DNA of 58,300 nt from an uncultured Bacillus sp. (GTDB lineage: Bacteria; Bacillota; Bacilli; Bacillales; Cytobacillaceae), in assembly GCA_937894355.1 (NCBI GenBank), contig CALCRD010000147.1, positions 1-58,300 of the forward strand, in the 5' to 3' direction. This document shows, piece after piece, positions 1 through 11,596 of this stretch. The translations under genes were made by a program, and so were the position numbers. The notes beneath the pieces are model-generated. The model saw only the letters and a list, made by a program, of their open reading frames with translations. It ran no database searches and was not told the DNA's origin. Numbering within the stretch: position 1 is the stretch's first letter; the number at the start of each line of letters is the position of its first letter.

Positions 1-87
1 GACGTCCCGAAGCCGAACACGGAAGTTAAGCTTCGGCGCCGATGGTAGTTGGGGGCCTCCCCCCTGTGAGAGTAGGACGTTGCCGGG
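1..87 (+). rRNA. rrf: 5S rRNA, 3' portion (5' end outside window)
   Basis: CCGAACACGGAAGTTAAGC...GCGCCGATGGTAGTTGGGG...CCCCTGTGAGAGTAGGACGTTGCC matches Bacillus 5S; some deviations near the window edge. Confidence 0.9.
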
Positions 88-95
88 AAAATCAG

Positions 96-122
96 AAACA
101 ACCCTTTGGGTTGTTTTTTTTT
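96..122 (+). terminator. Intrinsic terminator of upstream rrn operon
   Basis: AAACAACCC-TTT-GGGTTGTTT hairpin followed by T run. Confidence 0.85.
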
Positions 123-179
123 GTTCAAAATAGTTTGAGAACTAGTCAAATGGAAACAATAGATTAATGGTTCAATTAA

Positions 180-209
180 TTGCAAAAGTTAAATACTATC
201 ATGTATAAT
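180..209 (+). promoter_or_regulatory. SigA-type promoter of ctsR operon
   Basis: TTGCAA (180-185), 18 bp, TATAAT (204-209). Confidence 0.7.
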
Positions 210-212
210 TAA

Positions 213-229
213 AGTCAAATATAGTCAAA
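213..229 (+). promoter_or_regulatory. CtsR operator (heptad direct repeat)
   Basis: AGTCAAA-TAT-AGTCAAA equals the RGTCAAA-NAN-RGTCAAA consensus; overlaps the predicted transcription start; extra half-site AGTCAAA at 144-150. Confidence 0.92.
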
Positions 230-249
230 GTCAGGATGGGGGAGGTTAG

Positions 250-711
250 ATGAGGAATATCTCGGACATAATTGAAGATTATTTGAAGACGGTTTTGGAG
301 TTGAGCGAAAAAGAAATAGTTGAGATAAAAAGAAATGAAATTGCCGACAAGTTTCAATGTGTACCTTCCCAGATAAATTACGTAATTAATACTCGATTTA
401 CTGAAGAAAGAGGTTATCTAGTAGAAAGTAAACGTGGTGGTGGTGGATACATTCGAATCATCAAGGTGAAAACTAGTGATTTTGTTCATCTCATTGATTT
501 ATTAATTTCAATTATTAAGGGACGGATTTCCCAAAGCAACGCAGAAGATGTCATTTATCGGCTCGTTGAAGAGGAAATTATTAATAGCAGAGAAGCTAAA
601 ATTATGTTAAGTGTCATTGATCGTTCGGTATTATACATAGATCTTCCGTATCGGGATGAATTAAGGGCTCGAATGTTAAAGGCAATGTTAACGACACTTA
701 AATATAAATAA
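250..711 (+). CDS. ctsR: Class III heat-shock repressor CtsR
   Basis: NISDIIE..., CVPSQINYVINTRF, SKRGGGGYIRI motif; GGAGG RBS. Confidence 0.98.
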   Translation: MRNISDIIEDYLKTVLELSEKEIVEIKRNEIADKFQCVPSQINYVINTRFTEERGYLVESKRGGGGYIRIIKVKTSDFVHLIDLLISIIKGRISQSNAEDVIYRLVEEEIINSREAKIMLSVIDRSVLYIDLPYRDELRARMLKAMLTTLKYK

Positions 712-734
712 CAGTTAGTTGGCGAGGTGAAAGG

Positions 735-1283
735 ATGATTTGCCAAGAATGTAATCAAAGACCTGCAACACTCCACTTTACAAAAATCATAAATGCTGAA
801 AAAACTGAATTCCACTTGTGTGAAATATGTGCCCATGAAAAAGGTGAAATGTTTTTATTGAATGGGGCACCTGGTTTTTCAATCAACAATTTACTTGCAG
901 GGTTGTTAAATGTAGAACCCAAGTTTACACCCTCTCCTCAAGATGCTTTTAAACCTCAAGAAGTATTACAGTGCAATGACTGTTCAATGACCTTTCAACA
1001 ATTCGTAAAAGTAGGCCGTTTTGGCTGTGCAAGTTGCTATGAAACCTTTAAGGATCAATTGATTCCACTGATAAAGAGAGTTCATAGTGGTAATACAGAT
1101 CATCGAGGAAAAATCCCAAAAAGAATAGGTGGAAGTATCCATCTGCGAAAAACAATTGAAGAATTAAAGCAGAAAATCAAAGATTTAGTCAACAATGAGG
1201 AATTTGAAAAAGCTGCCGAAGTGAGAGATGAAATTCGTACGCTTGAAAGTCAAATGATAGAGAGTCAAGAGGGAGGGGAATAG
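735..1283 (+). CDS. mcsA: McsA, activator of McsB (Zn-finger and UVR domain)
   Basis: CQEC, CEIC, CNDC, CASC motifs; C-terminal [14 protein letters not shown]; synteny. Confidence 0.97.
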   Translation: MICQECNQRPATLHFTKIINAEKTEFHLCEICAHEKGEMFLLNGAPGFSINNLLAGLLNVEPKFTPSPQDAFKPQEVLQCNDCSMTFQQFVKVGRFGCASCYETFKDQLIPLIKRVHSGNTDHRGKIPKRIGGSIHLRKTIEELKQKIKDLVNNEEFEKAAEVRDEIRTLESQMIESQEGGE

Positions 1284-1284
1284 C

Positions 1285-2358
1285 TTGCCATTAGAAAGAT
1301 TTTTTAATCAAGCTGTTAGCTCTTGGATGAGTGCTGAAGGTCCAGATTCCGATATTGTAATGAGTTCAAGGATTAGATTAGCTCGGAATTTTAAAGAGTT
1401 CACTTTTCCGACACTTATAACTAATGAGGAAGCAAATGGGGTTATTTCATCTATTAAAGAAATACTAAATCACGAACCTTTAAATGATTTAGGTGAATAT
1501 GAATTTTTAAAAATAGATGAGCTGCAACCATTGCAAAAAAGGGTCCTGGTAGAAAAGCATTTAATCTCGCCTCATTTAGCGGAAGATTCAAATCATGGTG
1601 CATGCTTACTTTCTGAGAATGAAGAGATAAGCATTATGATTAATGAAGAAGACCATATTAGGATACAATGCTTATTTCCAGGATTTCAATTAACAGAAGC
1701 CCTATTTATTGCCGGAAAGGTTGATGATTGGGTAGAAAAAAATGTAAATTATGCTTTTGACGAAAAGTTTGGTTATTTAACTAGTTGCCCAACCAATGTT
1801 GGTACTGGTTTGAGGGCGTCAGTGATGATGCATTTACCTGGCCTTATTTTAACCCAACAAATGAGTCGGATCATACCGGCGATCAATCAATTGGGATTAG
1901 TGGTCAGAGGAATCTATGGTGAAGGTAGCGAGGCTTTAGGTAATATATTTCAAATATCTAACCAAATAACACTTGGTAAGTCTGAGGAAGATATAGTTGA
2001 AGATTTAAAAAGCGTAGTAAGACAATTAATTTCCCAGGAAAGGTCTGCTCGCGACGCATTAGCTAAAACTTTAAACATAGAATTAGAAGATAGGGTGTAC
2101 CGTTCCTTAGGAGTACTAGAGAACAGTAGAATTTTAGAATCTAAGGAAGCCGCGAGATGCTTGTCAGATGTTCGTCTAGGAATCGATATGGGGTTAATAA
2201 AAAACATTTCCAAAACAATTTTAAATGAATTAATGATTCTAACCCAACCGGGTTTTTTACAGCAGTATGCGGGTGGTCCGTTAAGACCAAATGAAAGAGA
2301 TATCCGCCGAGCTGCGTTAATAAGAGAAAGAATAAAATTAGAAACAGCGAAAAGATAG
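1285..2358 (+). CDS. mcsB: Protein arginine kinase McsB
   Basis: [26 protein letters not shown] phosphagen-kinase motifs; TTG start. Confidence 0.98.
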   Translation: MPLERFFNQAVSSWMSAEGPDSDIVMSSRIRLARNFKEFTFPTLITNEEANGVISSIKEILNHEPLNDLGEYEFLKIDELQPLQKRVLVEKHLISPHLAEDSNHGACLLSENEEISIMINEEDHIRIQCLFPGFQLTEALFIAGKVDDWVEKNVNYAFDEKFGYLTSCPTNVGTGLRASVMMHLPGLILTQQMSRIIPAINQLGLVVRGIYGEGSEALGNIFQISNQITLGKSEEDIVEDLKSVVRQLISQERSARDALAKTLNIELEDRVYRSLGVLENSRILESKEAARCLSDVRLGIDMGLIKNISKTILNELMILTQPGFLQQYAGGPLRPNERDIRRAALIRERIKLETAKR

Positions 2359-2369
2359 GAGGAAGAGGT

Positions 2370-4808
2370 ATGATGTTTGGACGCTTTACAGAAAGAGCAC
2401 AGAAGGTGTTGGCCCTAGCCCAAGAGGAAGCAATTCGTTTAAGTCATAATAATATTGGAACTGAGCATATTCTATTAGGACTGGTAAGAGAAGGGGAAGG
2501 AATAGCTGCTAAAGCGCTTTATGCACTGGGACTTGGAGCTGAAAAAATTCAAAAAGAGGTAGAAAATCTAATCGGCCGAGGTCAGGATGCATCCCAAACG
2601 ATTCACTATACTCCTCGAGCTAAGAAAGTAATCGAGCTTTCCATGGACGAAGCTCGTAAGTTAGGACATTCCTATGTAGGCACAGAGCATATTCTCCTGG
2701 GGTTGATTCGCGAGGGTGAAGGAGTTGCTGCAAGAGTATTAAATAATCTTGGGGTAAGTCTAAATAAAGCTCGCCAACAAGTTCTGCAATTGTTAGGTAG
2801 TAATGAATCGGGCGGCCATCAAGGTGGGGCAACAGCAAATGCAAACACTCCAACTTTAGATAGTCTTGCGCGTGACCTAACTGTTATTGCAAGGGAAGGA
2901 AGTCTTGATCCAGTAATTGGTCGTAGCAAGGAAATACAAAGGGTTATTGAAGTTTTAAGTAGACGTACAAAAAATAACCCAGTTTTAATTGGTGAACCCG
3001 GTGTAGGTAAAACAGCCATTGCTGAAGGACTTGCTCAACAAATTGTTAATAATGAAGTTCCAGAAATCCTTCGTGATAAACGAGTAATGACCCTTGATAT
3101 GGGGACAGTTGTTGCGGGGACAAAATACCGTGGTGAGTTTGAAGATCGTCTTAAAAAGGTTATGGACGAGATTCGCCAAGCCGGAAATATTATCTTATTT
3201 ATCGATGAGCTGCATACACTTATTGGTGCTGGTGGTGCAGAAGGCGCGATCGACGCTTCGAACATATTAAAGCCGTCATTAGCCCGTGGTGAATTACAGT
3301 GTATTGGAGCCACTACATTGGATGAGTATCGGAAATATATAGAAAAGGATGCAGCTTTAGAGCGTCGTTTTCAACCAATTAGAGTGGATGAACCAACAGC
3401 TGAAGAGTCAGTTCAAATATTAAAAGGTCTTAGAGATCGTTATGAGGCACATCATCGTGTATCCATTACTGATGAGGCCATTCACGCAGCGGTAACATTC
3501 TCCGATCGCTATATTCCGGATAGGTTTTTACCAGATAAAGCAATTGATTTAATTGATGAAGCAGGCTCAAAGGTTCGGTTACGCTCATACACAACCCCAC
3601 CGAATTTAAAAGAGCTTGAGGTGAGACTAGAAGAGGTTCGGAAGGAAAAGGATGCATCCGTTCAAAGTCAGGAATTTGAAAAAGCGGCTTCATTAAGAGA
3701 TTCAGAACAACGTCTCCGTGAACAATTAGAAGAAACAAAGAAAACTTGGAAAGAAAAACAAGGTCAAGAAAATAGTGAGGTTACGGTTGAAGATATTGCT
3801 ACCGTAGTGTCAAATTGGACCGGAATTCCCGTTTCTAAATTGGCACAAACAGAAACAGATAAATTATTAAAGCTAGAAGAAATTCTACATTCGAGAGTAA
3901 TTGGTCAGCAAGAGGCGGTTATCGCTGTGTCTAAAGCGGTTAGACGAGCTCGAGCCGGTTTAAAGGATCCTAAACGTCCGATTGGCTCGTTTATCTTCCT
4001 TGGCCCAACAGGTGTAGGTAAAACGGAGTTAGCTCGTGCGTTAGCGGAGGCTATGTTTGGTGATGAAGATGCCATGATTCGCATTGATATGTCTGAATAC
4101 ATGGAAAAACACTCCACATCTAGATTGGTCGGATCACCTCCAGGTTATGTTGGTTACGAAGAAGGTGGTCAGTTAACAGAAAAGGTACGGAGAAAGCCAT
4201 ATTCAGTAATATTATTAGATGAAATTGAAAAGGCCCATCCAGATGTATTCAATATTTTACTTCAGGTACTTGAGGATGGTCGATTAACAGATTCAAAAGG
4301 TCGCACTGTAGATTTCCGAAATACTGTTTTGATTATGACCTCGAATGTTGGTGCTGAGGCCTTAAAACGAAATAAATTTGTTGGTTTTAATATCCAAGAT
4401 GGTGAACAGGATTATAAGGATATGAAAGGGAAAGTAATGGGAGAATTGAAAAAGGCATTCCGACCAGAATTCCTTAATCGTGTTGATGAAATTATCGTTT
4501 TCCATGCCTTAGAACGAGCTCAATTAAAAGAAATTGTTACTTTATTATCTGATCAATTGATAAAACGGTTAAAAGAACAGCATATCAATTTAGAATTAAC
4601 AGATGCTGCTAAAGAAAAAATATCCGTTGAAGGTTATGATCCTGAATACGGGGCACGTCCATTACGTAGAGCTATTCAAAAGCATATTGAAGACCGTTTA
4701 TCTGAGGAGTTATTAAGAGGAACAGTTTTAACAGGGCAAAATATCGTGATTGATGTTGAAAATAACGAGTTTATCGTTAATACCGCAACTGCAATACCGA
4801 AGCCTTAA
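2370..4808 (+). CDS. clpC: ATP-dependent Clp protease ATPase ClpC
   Basis: Two Clp-N repeats; Walker A GEPGVGKT and GPTGVGKT; UVR coil. Confidence 0.99.
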   Translation: MMFGRFTERAQKVLALAQEEAIRLSHNNIGTEHILLGLVREGEGIAAKALYALGLGAEKIQKEVENLIGRGQDASQTIHYTPRAKKVIELSMDEARKLGHSYVGTEHILLGLIREGEGVAARVLNNLGVSLNKARQQVLQLLGSNESGGHQGGATANANTPTLDSLARDLTVIAREGSLDPVIGRSKEIQRVIEVLSRRTKNNPVLIGEPGVGKTAIAEGLAQQIVNNEVPEILRDKRVMTLDMGTVVAGTKYRGEFEDRLKKVMDEIRQAGNIILFIDELHTLIGAGGAEGAIDASNILKPSLARGELQCIGATTLDEYRKYIEKDAALERRFQPIRVDEPTAEESVQILKGLRDRYEAHHRVSITDEAIHAAVTFSDRYIPDRFLPDKAIDLIDEAGSKVRLRSYTTPPNLKELEVRLEEVRKEKDASVQSQEFEKAASLRDSEQRLREQLEETKKTWKEKQGQENSEVTVEDIATVVSNWTGIPVSKLAQTETDKLLKLEEILHSRVIGQQEAVIAVSKAVRRARAGLKDPKRPIGSFIFLGPTGVGKTELARALAEAMFGDEDAMIRIDMSEYMEKHSTSRLVGSPPGYVGYEEGGQLTEKVRRKPYSVILLDEIEKAHPDVFNILLQVLEDGRLTDSKGRTVDFRNTVLIMTSNVGAEALKRNKFVGFNIQDGEQDYKDMKGKVMGELKKAFRPEFLNRVDEIIVFHALERAQLKEIVTLLSDQLIKRLKEQHINLELTDAAKEKISVEGYDPEYGARPLRRAIQKHIEDRLSEELLRGTVLTGQNIVIDVENNEFIVNTATAIPKP

Positions 4809-4822
4809 GGTTTACTCACAAT

Positions 4823-4858
4823 AAGGGGGCACTGAACATTCGTGACCCTCTTTTTTTT
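4823..4858 (+). terminator. Probable intrinsic terminator after clpC
   Basis: Imperfect AAGGGGGCAC/GTGACCCTCTT stem plus T8. Confidence 0.55.
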
Positions 4859-4933
4859 CCTTAGGTAACATATTAGGTAGGCCCTAGATAAGTTTTCTGC
4901 GCTTGCGCTGTTCTTTTTAGAGAGGAAGATTCG

Positions 4934-6313
4934 ATGGCAAAGAGAAAGACGAAATTTATGTGCCAAGAATGTGGCTATGAATCACCAAAATGGATGGGTA
5001 AGTGTCCAGGTTGTGGTCAATGGAATAAAATGATTGAGGAAGTTGAGGCTGTTGGTACTGGAAGACGAGGGGCTTTTGCCCATTCACAAGGTATCTCTAC
5101 CGCTTCAAAGCCAACTCCGATAACAGCAATCGAAACAGCCAATGAAGCTAGGATAAAGACTGGGATGAAGGAACTGAACCGTGTCTTGGGTGGTGGTATT
5201 GTTCAAGGATCTTTAGTTTTGATAGGTGGGGACCCAGGAATAGGTAAGTCGACATTGCTTTTACAAGTTTCAGCGCAATTGGCTAATTTGGGTCAATCGG
5301 TTTTGTACATTTCTGGAGAAGAATCATTAAGGCAGACAAAGCTTCGTGCCGAACGGCTTGGTGTTATTTCTGAAAATTTATTGGTATATGCGGAAACGAA
5401 TTTAGAAGAAATTAGCCGGACGATTGAAAAGACCATTCCGAAATTTGTTATTGTAGATTCAATTCAAACGGTATTTCACCCGGACGTTACATCGGCACCA
5501 GGCAGTGTCACACAAGTCCGAGAATGTACGTCTGAATTGCTAAGGATTGCTAAAACAAAAGGAATAGCAATTTTCATAGTCGGTCACGTAACCAAGGAAG
5601 GATCCATTGCCGGACCAAGGTTGCTTGAGCATATGGTGGATACAGTTCTTTATTTTGAAGGAGAACGTCATCATACATACCGAATATTGCGTGCAGTAAA
5701 AAACCGTTTTGGATCGACTAATGAAATGGGCATTTTTGAAATGAAGGAAATGGGTCTTGTTGAGGTGGAAAACCCCTCGGAGATTTTTTTAGAAGAACGT
5801 TCACAAGGAGCTTCAGGTTCAACCGTTGTAGCCTCAATGGAGGGAACTAGGCCTGTATTAGTCGAAATCCAAGCATTGATTTCTCCATCTAGCTTTGGTA
5901 ATCCCAGAAGAATGGCAACGGGGATTGATCATAACCGGGTATCGCTGTTGATGGCTGTTTTAGAAAAACGAGTGGGGATGCTCTTACAAAATCAAGATGC
6001 CTATCTGAAGGTTGCTGGAGGAGTTAAGCTTGATGAGCCGGCAATCGATTTAGCAATAGCTGTAAGTATCACATCGAGTTTTCGTGATCAACCGACACGG
6101 GCAACAGATTGTATTATTGGGGAAGTAGGCTTAACAGGTGAGGTTAGACGTGTATCTAGAATTGAACAACGAGTTCAAGAGGCGGCGAAACTGGGATTTG
6201 AACGGGTTATTTTACCGGAAAATAATCTCGGAGGCTGGAAAGCTCCAAAGGGTATTGAATTAATTGGAGTATCTTCAGTGCATCAAGCTCTTATTGAAAC
6301 GCTAGGTAGATAA
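4934..6313 (+). CDS. radA: DNA repair protein RadA/Sms
   Basis: [14 protein letters not shown] Zn finger, [13 protein letters not shown] motif, Lon-like C-terminus. Confidence 0.99.
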   Translation: MAKRKTKFMCQECGYESPKWMGKCPGCGQWNKMIEEVEAVGTGRRGAFAHSQGISTASKPTPITAIETANEARIKTGMKELNRVLGGGIVQGSLVLIGGDPGIGKSTLLLQVSAQLANLGQSVLYISGEESLRQTKLRAERLGVISENLLVYAETNLEEISRTIEKTIPKFVIVDSIQTVFHPDVTSAPGSVTQVRECTSELLRIAKTKGIAIFIVGHVTKEGSIAGPRLLEHMVDTVLYFEGERHHTYRILRAVKNRFGSTNEMGIFEMKEMGLVEVENPSEIFLEERSQGASGSTVVASMEGTRPVLVEIQALISPSSFGNPRRMATGIDHNRVSLLMAVLEKRVGMLLQNQDAYLKVAGGVKLDEPAIDLAIAVSITSSFRDQPTRATDCIIGEVGLTGEVRRVSRIEQRVQEAAKLGFERVILPENNLGGWKAPKGIELIGVSSVHQALIETLGR

Positions 6314-6587
6314 GCTTATTTTTTAGAAGAGAGAGCGGACTCTCGCCGATAAAGTTGAGTGATTGGTTAATTTGTGGTAAAATTATACAATTAATAGTCC
6401 CTTAATATAACAATCTTACCCTTATCATCAGAAATGATTCTTCACTAAAATTACTCTCCAGAAATTCAAAAAAATCAACTGTTTGTATTACTAATTTGTT
6501 TCAATGATATTACATTCATAAAAAATCTGTGAAAATAGGTTTCAATTTATTTTTATTGTTTATAATAAAAAGATAGGAGGTGAAGGA

Positions 6588-7673
6588 ATGTTAAAACGCA
6601 TTATTCAAATTTGTTTCCTTATCATCGGGGGGACTTTGGGGATATTTTTAATCCCTGACTTATTAGAGTTAATTAATATGAACAGCATTCCTCTAATCAA
6701 TAATCCTTATGTATCCGCTATTTTTGGTGCACTTATTTTTTATTTTATTACTTTTTGGGCAGTTGATTATTTTACTGATTTTATGAAATGGGTAGAGGAA
6801 TCTCTTGTCAAAGCTCCGATAACGGATATTATATTTGGAAGTGTTGGTTTAGTATTTGGTTTGGTCATTGCTTTTTTAGTGGGTTTTGCCATTAATTCAA
6901 TTCAAGTACCAATTATTAACACAATTGCTCCAATTTTATTGACATTACTGTTTGGCTATCTTGGATTTCAAGTAGGCTTTAAAAAACGGGATGAATTATC
7001 GCATTTATTTTCAAAAGGTAAGAAGAAGGGCGGAGACGAGGATCCTGATAAAAAAGGACTTCGTAAAACTCTTAAAATTCTAGACACAAGTGTAATTATT
7101 GACGGGAGAATTGCCGATATATGCCAAACTGGATTTTTGGAAGGAACGATTGTTATTCCCCAGTTTGTCTTAGAGGAATTGCAACACATTGCTGATTCGT
7201 CTGATGTTTTAAAACGAAATCGCGGTCGTCGAGGGTTAGATATTTTAAATCGGATTCAAAAAGAGCTGGCCATAAAAGTTGAAATTTATGAAGGCGACTT
7301 TGAGGAGATTCAAGAAGTTGATAGCAAGCTAGTAAAATTAGCTAAAATAACCAGCGGTATTGTCGTAACGAATGATTTTAATTTAAACAAAGTTTGTGAG
7401 TTACAAAACGTGGGTGTTTTAAACATTAATGATTTGGCAAATGCTGTAAAACCTGTTGTGCTACCAGGAGAAGAAATGAATGTTCAGGTAATTAAAGACG
7501 GAAAAGAACATAATCAAGGTGTTGCCTACTTGGATGACGGGACGATGATCGTTGTCGAGGATGGCCGAGATTATATTGGAAAAAGGATTGATGTCCTTGT
7601 GACAAGTGTGTTGCAGACATCTGCCGGACGAATGATTTTCGCAAAACCAAAATTGCTTGAAAAAGCTTTATAA
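6588..7673 (+). CDS. yacL: Membrane-anchored PIN/TRAM domain protein YacL
   Basis: N-terminal TM segments; [14 protein letters not shown] motif; [18 protein letters not shown] domain. Confidence 0.95.
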   Translation: MLKRIIQICFLIIGGTLGIFLIPDLLELINMNSIPLINNPYVSAIFGALIFYFITFWAVDYFTDFMKWVEESLVKAPITDIIFGSVGLVFGLVIAFLVGFAINSIQVPIINTIAPILLTLLFGYLGFQVGFKKRDELSHLFSKGKKKGGDEDPDKKGLRKTLKILDTSVIIDGRIADICQTGFLEGTIVIPQFVLEELQHIADSSDVLKRNRGRRGLDILNRIQKELAIKVEIYEGDFEEIQEVDSKLVKLAKITSGIVVTNDFNLNKVCELQNVGVLNINDLANAVKPVVLPGEEMNVQVIKDGKEHNQGVAYLDDGTMIVVEDGRDYIGKRIDVLVTSVLQTSAGRMIFAKPKLLEKAL

Positions 7674-7689
7674 TTAGAGGAGTTTGACT

Positions 7690-8388
7690 ATGGGTTATCA
7701 GGTTGTAATCCCAGCAGCCGGACAAGGAAAAAGAATGGGAGCAGGGAAAAACAAACTCCTTCTCCCTTTGAATGGAGTACCTGTACTAATTCATACCTTG
7801 TTGGTTTTTGAAGCGGATGAAGAATGTGAAGGAATCATTTTAGCTATTTCTGCAAGTGATGAACAGGTGTTTTCCCAACTTATTAAGGAATACAACGTAA
7901 ATAAAGTTCATGGCTTAGTCCTAGGTGGCAAGGAACGCCAGGATAGTGTCTATAATGCTTTGCAAATGGTAGACTCTGATGGAATTGTACTAGTTCATGA
8001 TGGAGCAAGGCCCTTTATTAGCAAGGATGCTATTCACCTAGTTTCTGGAGCTGCCAAGGAAAATGGTGCTGCTGTTGTTGCCGTTCCGGTAAAGGATACG
8101 ATCAAAAAGGTTCAAGATAACAAGATAGTGGAAACCGTAGAACGTTCCAGCTTGTGGGCAGTCCAAACCCCACAAGCTTTTCGTATGTCTATTTTGTTAG
8201 ACGCACATCAGCGTGCCATAGAAGAGGGATTTCTCGGTACAGATGAAGCCAGTTTAGTAGAGCGGATTCCTTACGATATTACAATTGTGGAAAGTAGCTA
8301 TGATAATATTAAGCTCACCACACCAGAAGATTTATATTTTGCGGAAGCGATTATACGGAAACGTCAAGAGAGTGGGAAAGGAGAATAA
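7690..8388 (+). CDS. ispD: 2-C-methyl-D-erythritol 4-phosphate cytidylyltransferase
   Basis: IPAAGQGKRMG, VHDGARP, QTPQAF; ATG 7690 is 7 nt after GAGGAG. Confidence 0.97.
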   Translation: MGYQVVIPAAGQGKRMGAGKNKLLLPLNGVPVLIHTLLVFEADEECEGIILAISASDEQVFSQLIKEYNVNKVHGLVLGGKERQDSVYNALQMVDSDGIVLVHDGARPFISKDAIHLVSGAAKENGAAVVAVPVKDTIKKVQDNKIVETVERSSLWAVQTPQAFRMSILLDAHQRAIEEGFLGTDEASLVERIPYDITIVESSYDNIKLTTPEDLYFAEAIIRKRQESGKGE

Positions 8389-8391
8389 TTT

Positions 8392-8871
8392 ATGTTTCGG
8401 ATTGGACAAGGATTTGATGTTCACCAACTTACCGAGGATCGTCCCCTTATTATTGGAGGAATTACCATTCCCTATGAGAAGGGCTTATTAGGTCACTCAG
8501 ATGCCGATGTGCTTTTACATACGATAGCAGATGCCTGTCTAGGAGCAATTGGAGCGGGAGATATCGGCAAGCATTTTCCGGATACCGATCCTAATTTTAA
8601 GGATGCCGATTCGGCTAAGCTGTTAGACCATGTATACAGGATTGTAAAAGAGTCGGGTTATGAGCTGGTAAATATTGATTGCACAATAATGGCCCAGAAG
8701 CCTAAAATGGCTCCGTATATCGAAGACATGAAAGCGAGAATAGCCGAAATTTTACAAAGTACAACTGATCGGGTAAATGTTAAAGCAACAACAACGGAAA
8801 AGCTCGGTTTTGTTGGAAGAGGGGAAGGAATTGCCTCTCAAGCAGTTGTTTTATTAAAGAGAATTGACTAA
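8392..8871 (+). CDS. ispF: 2-C-methyl-D-erythritol 2,4-cyclodiphosphate synthase
   Basis: [28 protein letters not shown]. Confidence 0.98.
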   Translation: MFRIGQGFDVHQLTEDRPLIIGGITIPYEKGLLGHSDADVLLHTIADACLGAIGAGDIGKHFPDTDPNFKDADSAKLLDHVYRIVKESGYELVNIDCTIMAQKPKMAPYIEDMKARIAEILQSTTDRVNVKATTTEKLGFVGRGEGIASQAVVLLKRID

Positions 8872-9012
8872 TTAGGGTTGGGTAATGGCCGGGTGGTTAG
8901 TCGAAGCAATAGTGAAAAATCAGCGATTGACAAGTTTCGCTTTATTAGAAAAATAACTGATGCTACAATAAGCAGATAAATAGGAATGAAGAAAGATACA
9001 GGAGGAACCAGC

Positions 9013-10473
9013 ATGTCAAATAATATTCGCGTACGCTATGCACCTAGTCCAACTGGACACTTGCATATTGGGAATGCCCGTACAGCGCTGTTTAATTACT
9101 TATACGCCAGAAATCTTGGCGGTAAATTCATTATTCGCATCGAGGATACAGACCAGAAACGTAATATTGAAGGTGGCGAAGAGAGCCAATTAAAATATTT
9201 ACAATGGTTAGGAATGGACTGGGATGAAGGTGTTGATGTAGGTGGAGAATACGGACCATACCGTCAATCCGAGCGCGTTGAAATTTATCAAAAACACGTA
9301 AATGAGCTGCTTGAAAAAGGGCTTGCTTATAAATGTTACTGTACCGAAGCTGAAATAGAGGCTGAACGAGAAGAACAAACAGCAAAAGGTGAAACTCCAG
9401 CTTACTCAGGGAAATGTCGCCATTTAACAGCTGAGGACCGTGCAAGCTTAGAAGCTGAAGGTAGAAAACCAAGTATTCGGTTCCATGTACCGCAAGATAA
9501 AACCTATGCATTTGATGATATGGTAAAAGGCAATGTTTCCTTTGAATCTGAAGGAATGGGCGATTATGTTATTGTGAAAAAGGACGGCATGCCAACCTAT
9601 AATTTTGCAGTGGCGATCGATGACCATTTAATGGAAATCTCTCACGTCCTTCGTGGCGATGACCATATTTCTAATACTCCTAAACAGTTAATGATTTATC
9701 AAGCATTTGGTTGGGAGCCACCAGTATTCGGTCATATGACATTAATTGTAAATGAAAGTCGTAAGAAATTAAGTAAGCGTGATGAAAGTATCATCCAGTT
9801 TATTGAGCAATATGAGCAACTAGGTTTTATCCCAGAAGCGATGTTTAATTTCATTACTTTACTTGGGTGGTCACCATCTGGAGAGGAAGAAATTTTTTCA
9901 AAAGAAGAATTAATTTCTATTTTCGATGCTAGCCGTCTATCGAAATCACCAGCATTGTTTGATAAGCAAAAATTAACTTGGATGAACAATCAATACATGA
10001 AAAAAATTGAACTAGATCAAGCAGTGGAACTTGCTTTACCACATTTGCAAAAGGCTGGTCTAGTGAAAGCTGAAATGACAGAGCAGGAAGCCGAATGGAC
10101 TCGGAATCTTATTGCTTTATATCAAGATCAAATGAGCTATGGTGCGGAAATTGTGGAACTTTCAACGTTATTCTTCAAAGAAGAAGTAATGTATGATGAG
10201 GAAGCAAAGGCGGTTATTGGCGAAGAACAAGTCCCAGAGGTTCTACAAGCATTTTTGGATAAAATAGCAGAATTGCCGGAGTTTACTGCTCCTGAAATCA
10301 GCGCGTCTATCAAAGCTGTTCAAAAAGGAACGGGACATAAAGGAAAAAAATTATTTATGCCATTACGGGTAGCGGCAACGGGACAAACCCATGGGCCAGA
10401 TTTACCGAAAGCCATCGCCTTAGTGGGCAAAGAGGTTATTTCCAAAAGATTTAATGATATTCTAAGTAAATAA
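9013..10473 (+). CDS. gltX: Glutamate--tRNA ligase
   Basis: [12 protein letters not shown] (HIGH) and KLSKR (KMSKS); start ATG 9013 after GGAGG. Confidence 0.98.
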   Translation: MSNNIRVRYAPSPTGHLHIGNARTALFNYLYARNLGGKFIIRIEDTDQKRNIEGGEESQLKYLQWLGMDWDEGVDVGGEYGPYRQSERVEIYQKHVNELLEKGLAYKCYCTEAEIEAEREEQTAKGETPAYSGKCRHLTAEDRASLEAEGRKPSIRFHVPQDKTYAFDDMVKGNVSFESEGMGDYVIVKKDGMPTYNFAVAIDDHLMEISHVLRGDDHISNTPKQLMIYQAFGWEPPVFGHMTLIVNESRKKLSKRDESIIQFIEQYEQLGFIPEAMFNFITLLGWSPSGEEEIFSKEELISIFDASRLSKSPALFDKQKLTWMNNQYMKKIELDQAVELALPHLQKAGLVKAEMTEQEAEWTRNLIALYQDQMSYGAEIVELSTLFFKEEVMYDEEAKAVIGEEQVPEVLQAFLDKIAELPEFTAPEISASIKAVQKGTGHKGKKLFMPLRVAATGQTHGPDLPKAIALVGKEVISKRFNDILSK

Positions 10474-10532
10474 TTGTTTTTGTTAGTTACATCTTGGCAA
10501 AAATATAATATAGTAAATGTATTATCATGAAA

Positions 10533-10845
10533 AATCGTTGATGAGGATAAGTAAAAAAACAATGTTTTTCAGAGAGAACCACCACTGGCTGAGAGTGGTT
10601 CAGACCGCTTGTTTTTTGAAATGCCCCTCTGAGTCTCTTGTCGAATTTACGTGTTTAACTAGTAGACAAGGGCGGACCCGTCCGTTAACAGGTAGAGTTG
10701 AGAGCGTTGTTTTGTCTCTTCTTCATTCATTACTATTTTCCTTGAAAATGTTCGAGGAATGTTTGGAGAAAAGATTAAGCCGTTCTAAACAGAGTGGAAC
10801 CGCGCGTGTGGCGTCTCTGTCTTCATAGACAGAGGCGTCTTTTTG
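10533..10845 (+). ncRNA. Cys T-box riboswitch (cysE-cysS leader)
   Basis: Stem I with GA/AG motifs and GCTGAGAG distal loop; specifier TGC (Cys) at 10622-10624; T-box AGAGTGGAACCGCG at 10791-10804; terminator GGCGTCTCTGTCT-TCAT-AGACAGAGGCGTC-T5. Confidence 0.95.
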
Positions 10846-10945
10846 TTTTCAAGAACTGAACGGGATCATGGAATCGCGTTTTGAAAATGTAATCAAAAAT
10901 AATTGGGGGTAGCCATTATGGGTCCTAACAAGGGGAGAGAATAGT

Positions 10946-11593
10946 ATGTTTAAAATGTTAAAAGAAGATATCGAAGTAATTTTTGAACAGGACCCAGCTG
11001 CAAGAAGTTATACAGAGGTCATCTTAACCTACTCTGGATTACATGCAATTTGGAACCATCGAATTGCCCATGGTTTTTACAAAAGAAAAATGTTTTTTAT
11101 TGCTAGGGTCGTTTCGCAGATTAGCCGGTTTTTCACGGGGATTGAGATACATCCCGGCGCGACTATTGGCAGACGTTTCTTTATTGACCACGGCATGGGA
11201 ATTGTCATAGGAGAAACCTGTGAAATTGGAGATAATGTAACTGTCTACCAAGGGGTAACATTAGGTGGTACCGGGAAAGAAAAGGGAAAACGGCACCCGA
11301 CAGTTAAGGATAATGCATTAATCGCAACAGGGGCAAAGGTCCTTGGATCGATTACAATTGGTGAGAACTCGAAGATTGGAGCAGGCGCAGTAGTGTTAAA
11401 TGATGTTCCAGATAATTCCACAGTAGTTGGAATGAAGGCAAGAGTTGTAGTTCGGGATGGTGTGAAACTCCAAAAAGACCTTAAACACGGAGATTTACCT
11501 GATCCTATTTCAGACCGCTTTAAAGAAATAGGTGAAGAACTGGAGCGCCTAAAAAAAGAAGTAGCTGTATTGCATAAGGAAAGGAGTCATTAA
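10946..11593 (+). CDS. cysE: Serine O-acetyltransferase
   Basis: [14 protein letters not shown], hexapeptide repeats, [12 protein letters not shown]. Confidence 0.98.
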   Translation: MFKMLKEDIEVIFEQDPAARSYTEVILTYSGLHAIWNHRIAHGFYKRKMFFIARVVSQISRFFTGIEIHPGATIGRRFFIDHGMGIVIGETCEIGDNVTVYQGVTLGGTGKEKGKRHPTVKDNALIATGAKVLGSITIGENSKIGAGAVVLNDVPDNSTVVGMKARVVVRDGVKLQKDLKHGDLPDPISDRFKEIGEELERLKKEVAVLHKERSH

Positions 11594-11596
11594 AAA

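Noticed and set aside
10517-10828. 103-aa ORF between gltX and cysE
   Set aside because: Coincides with the Cys T-box RNA; no RBS; unnatural composition
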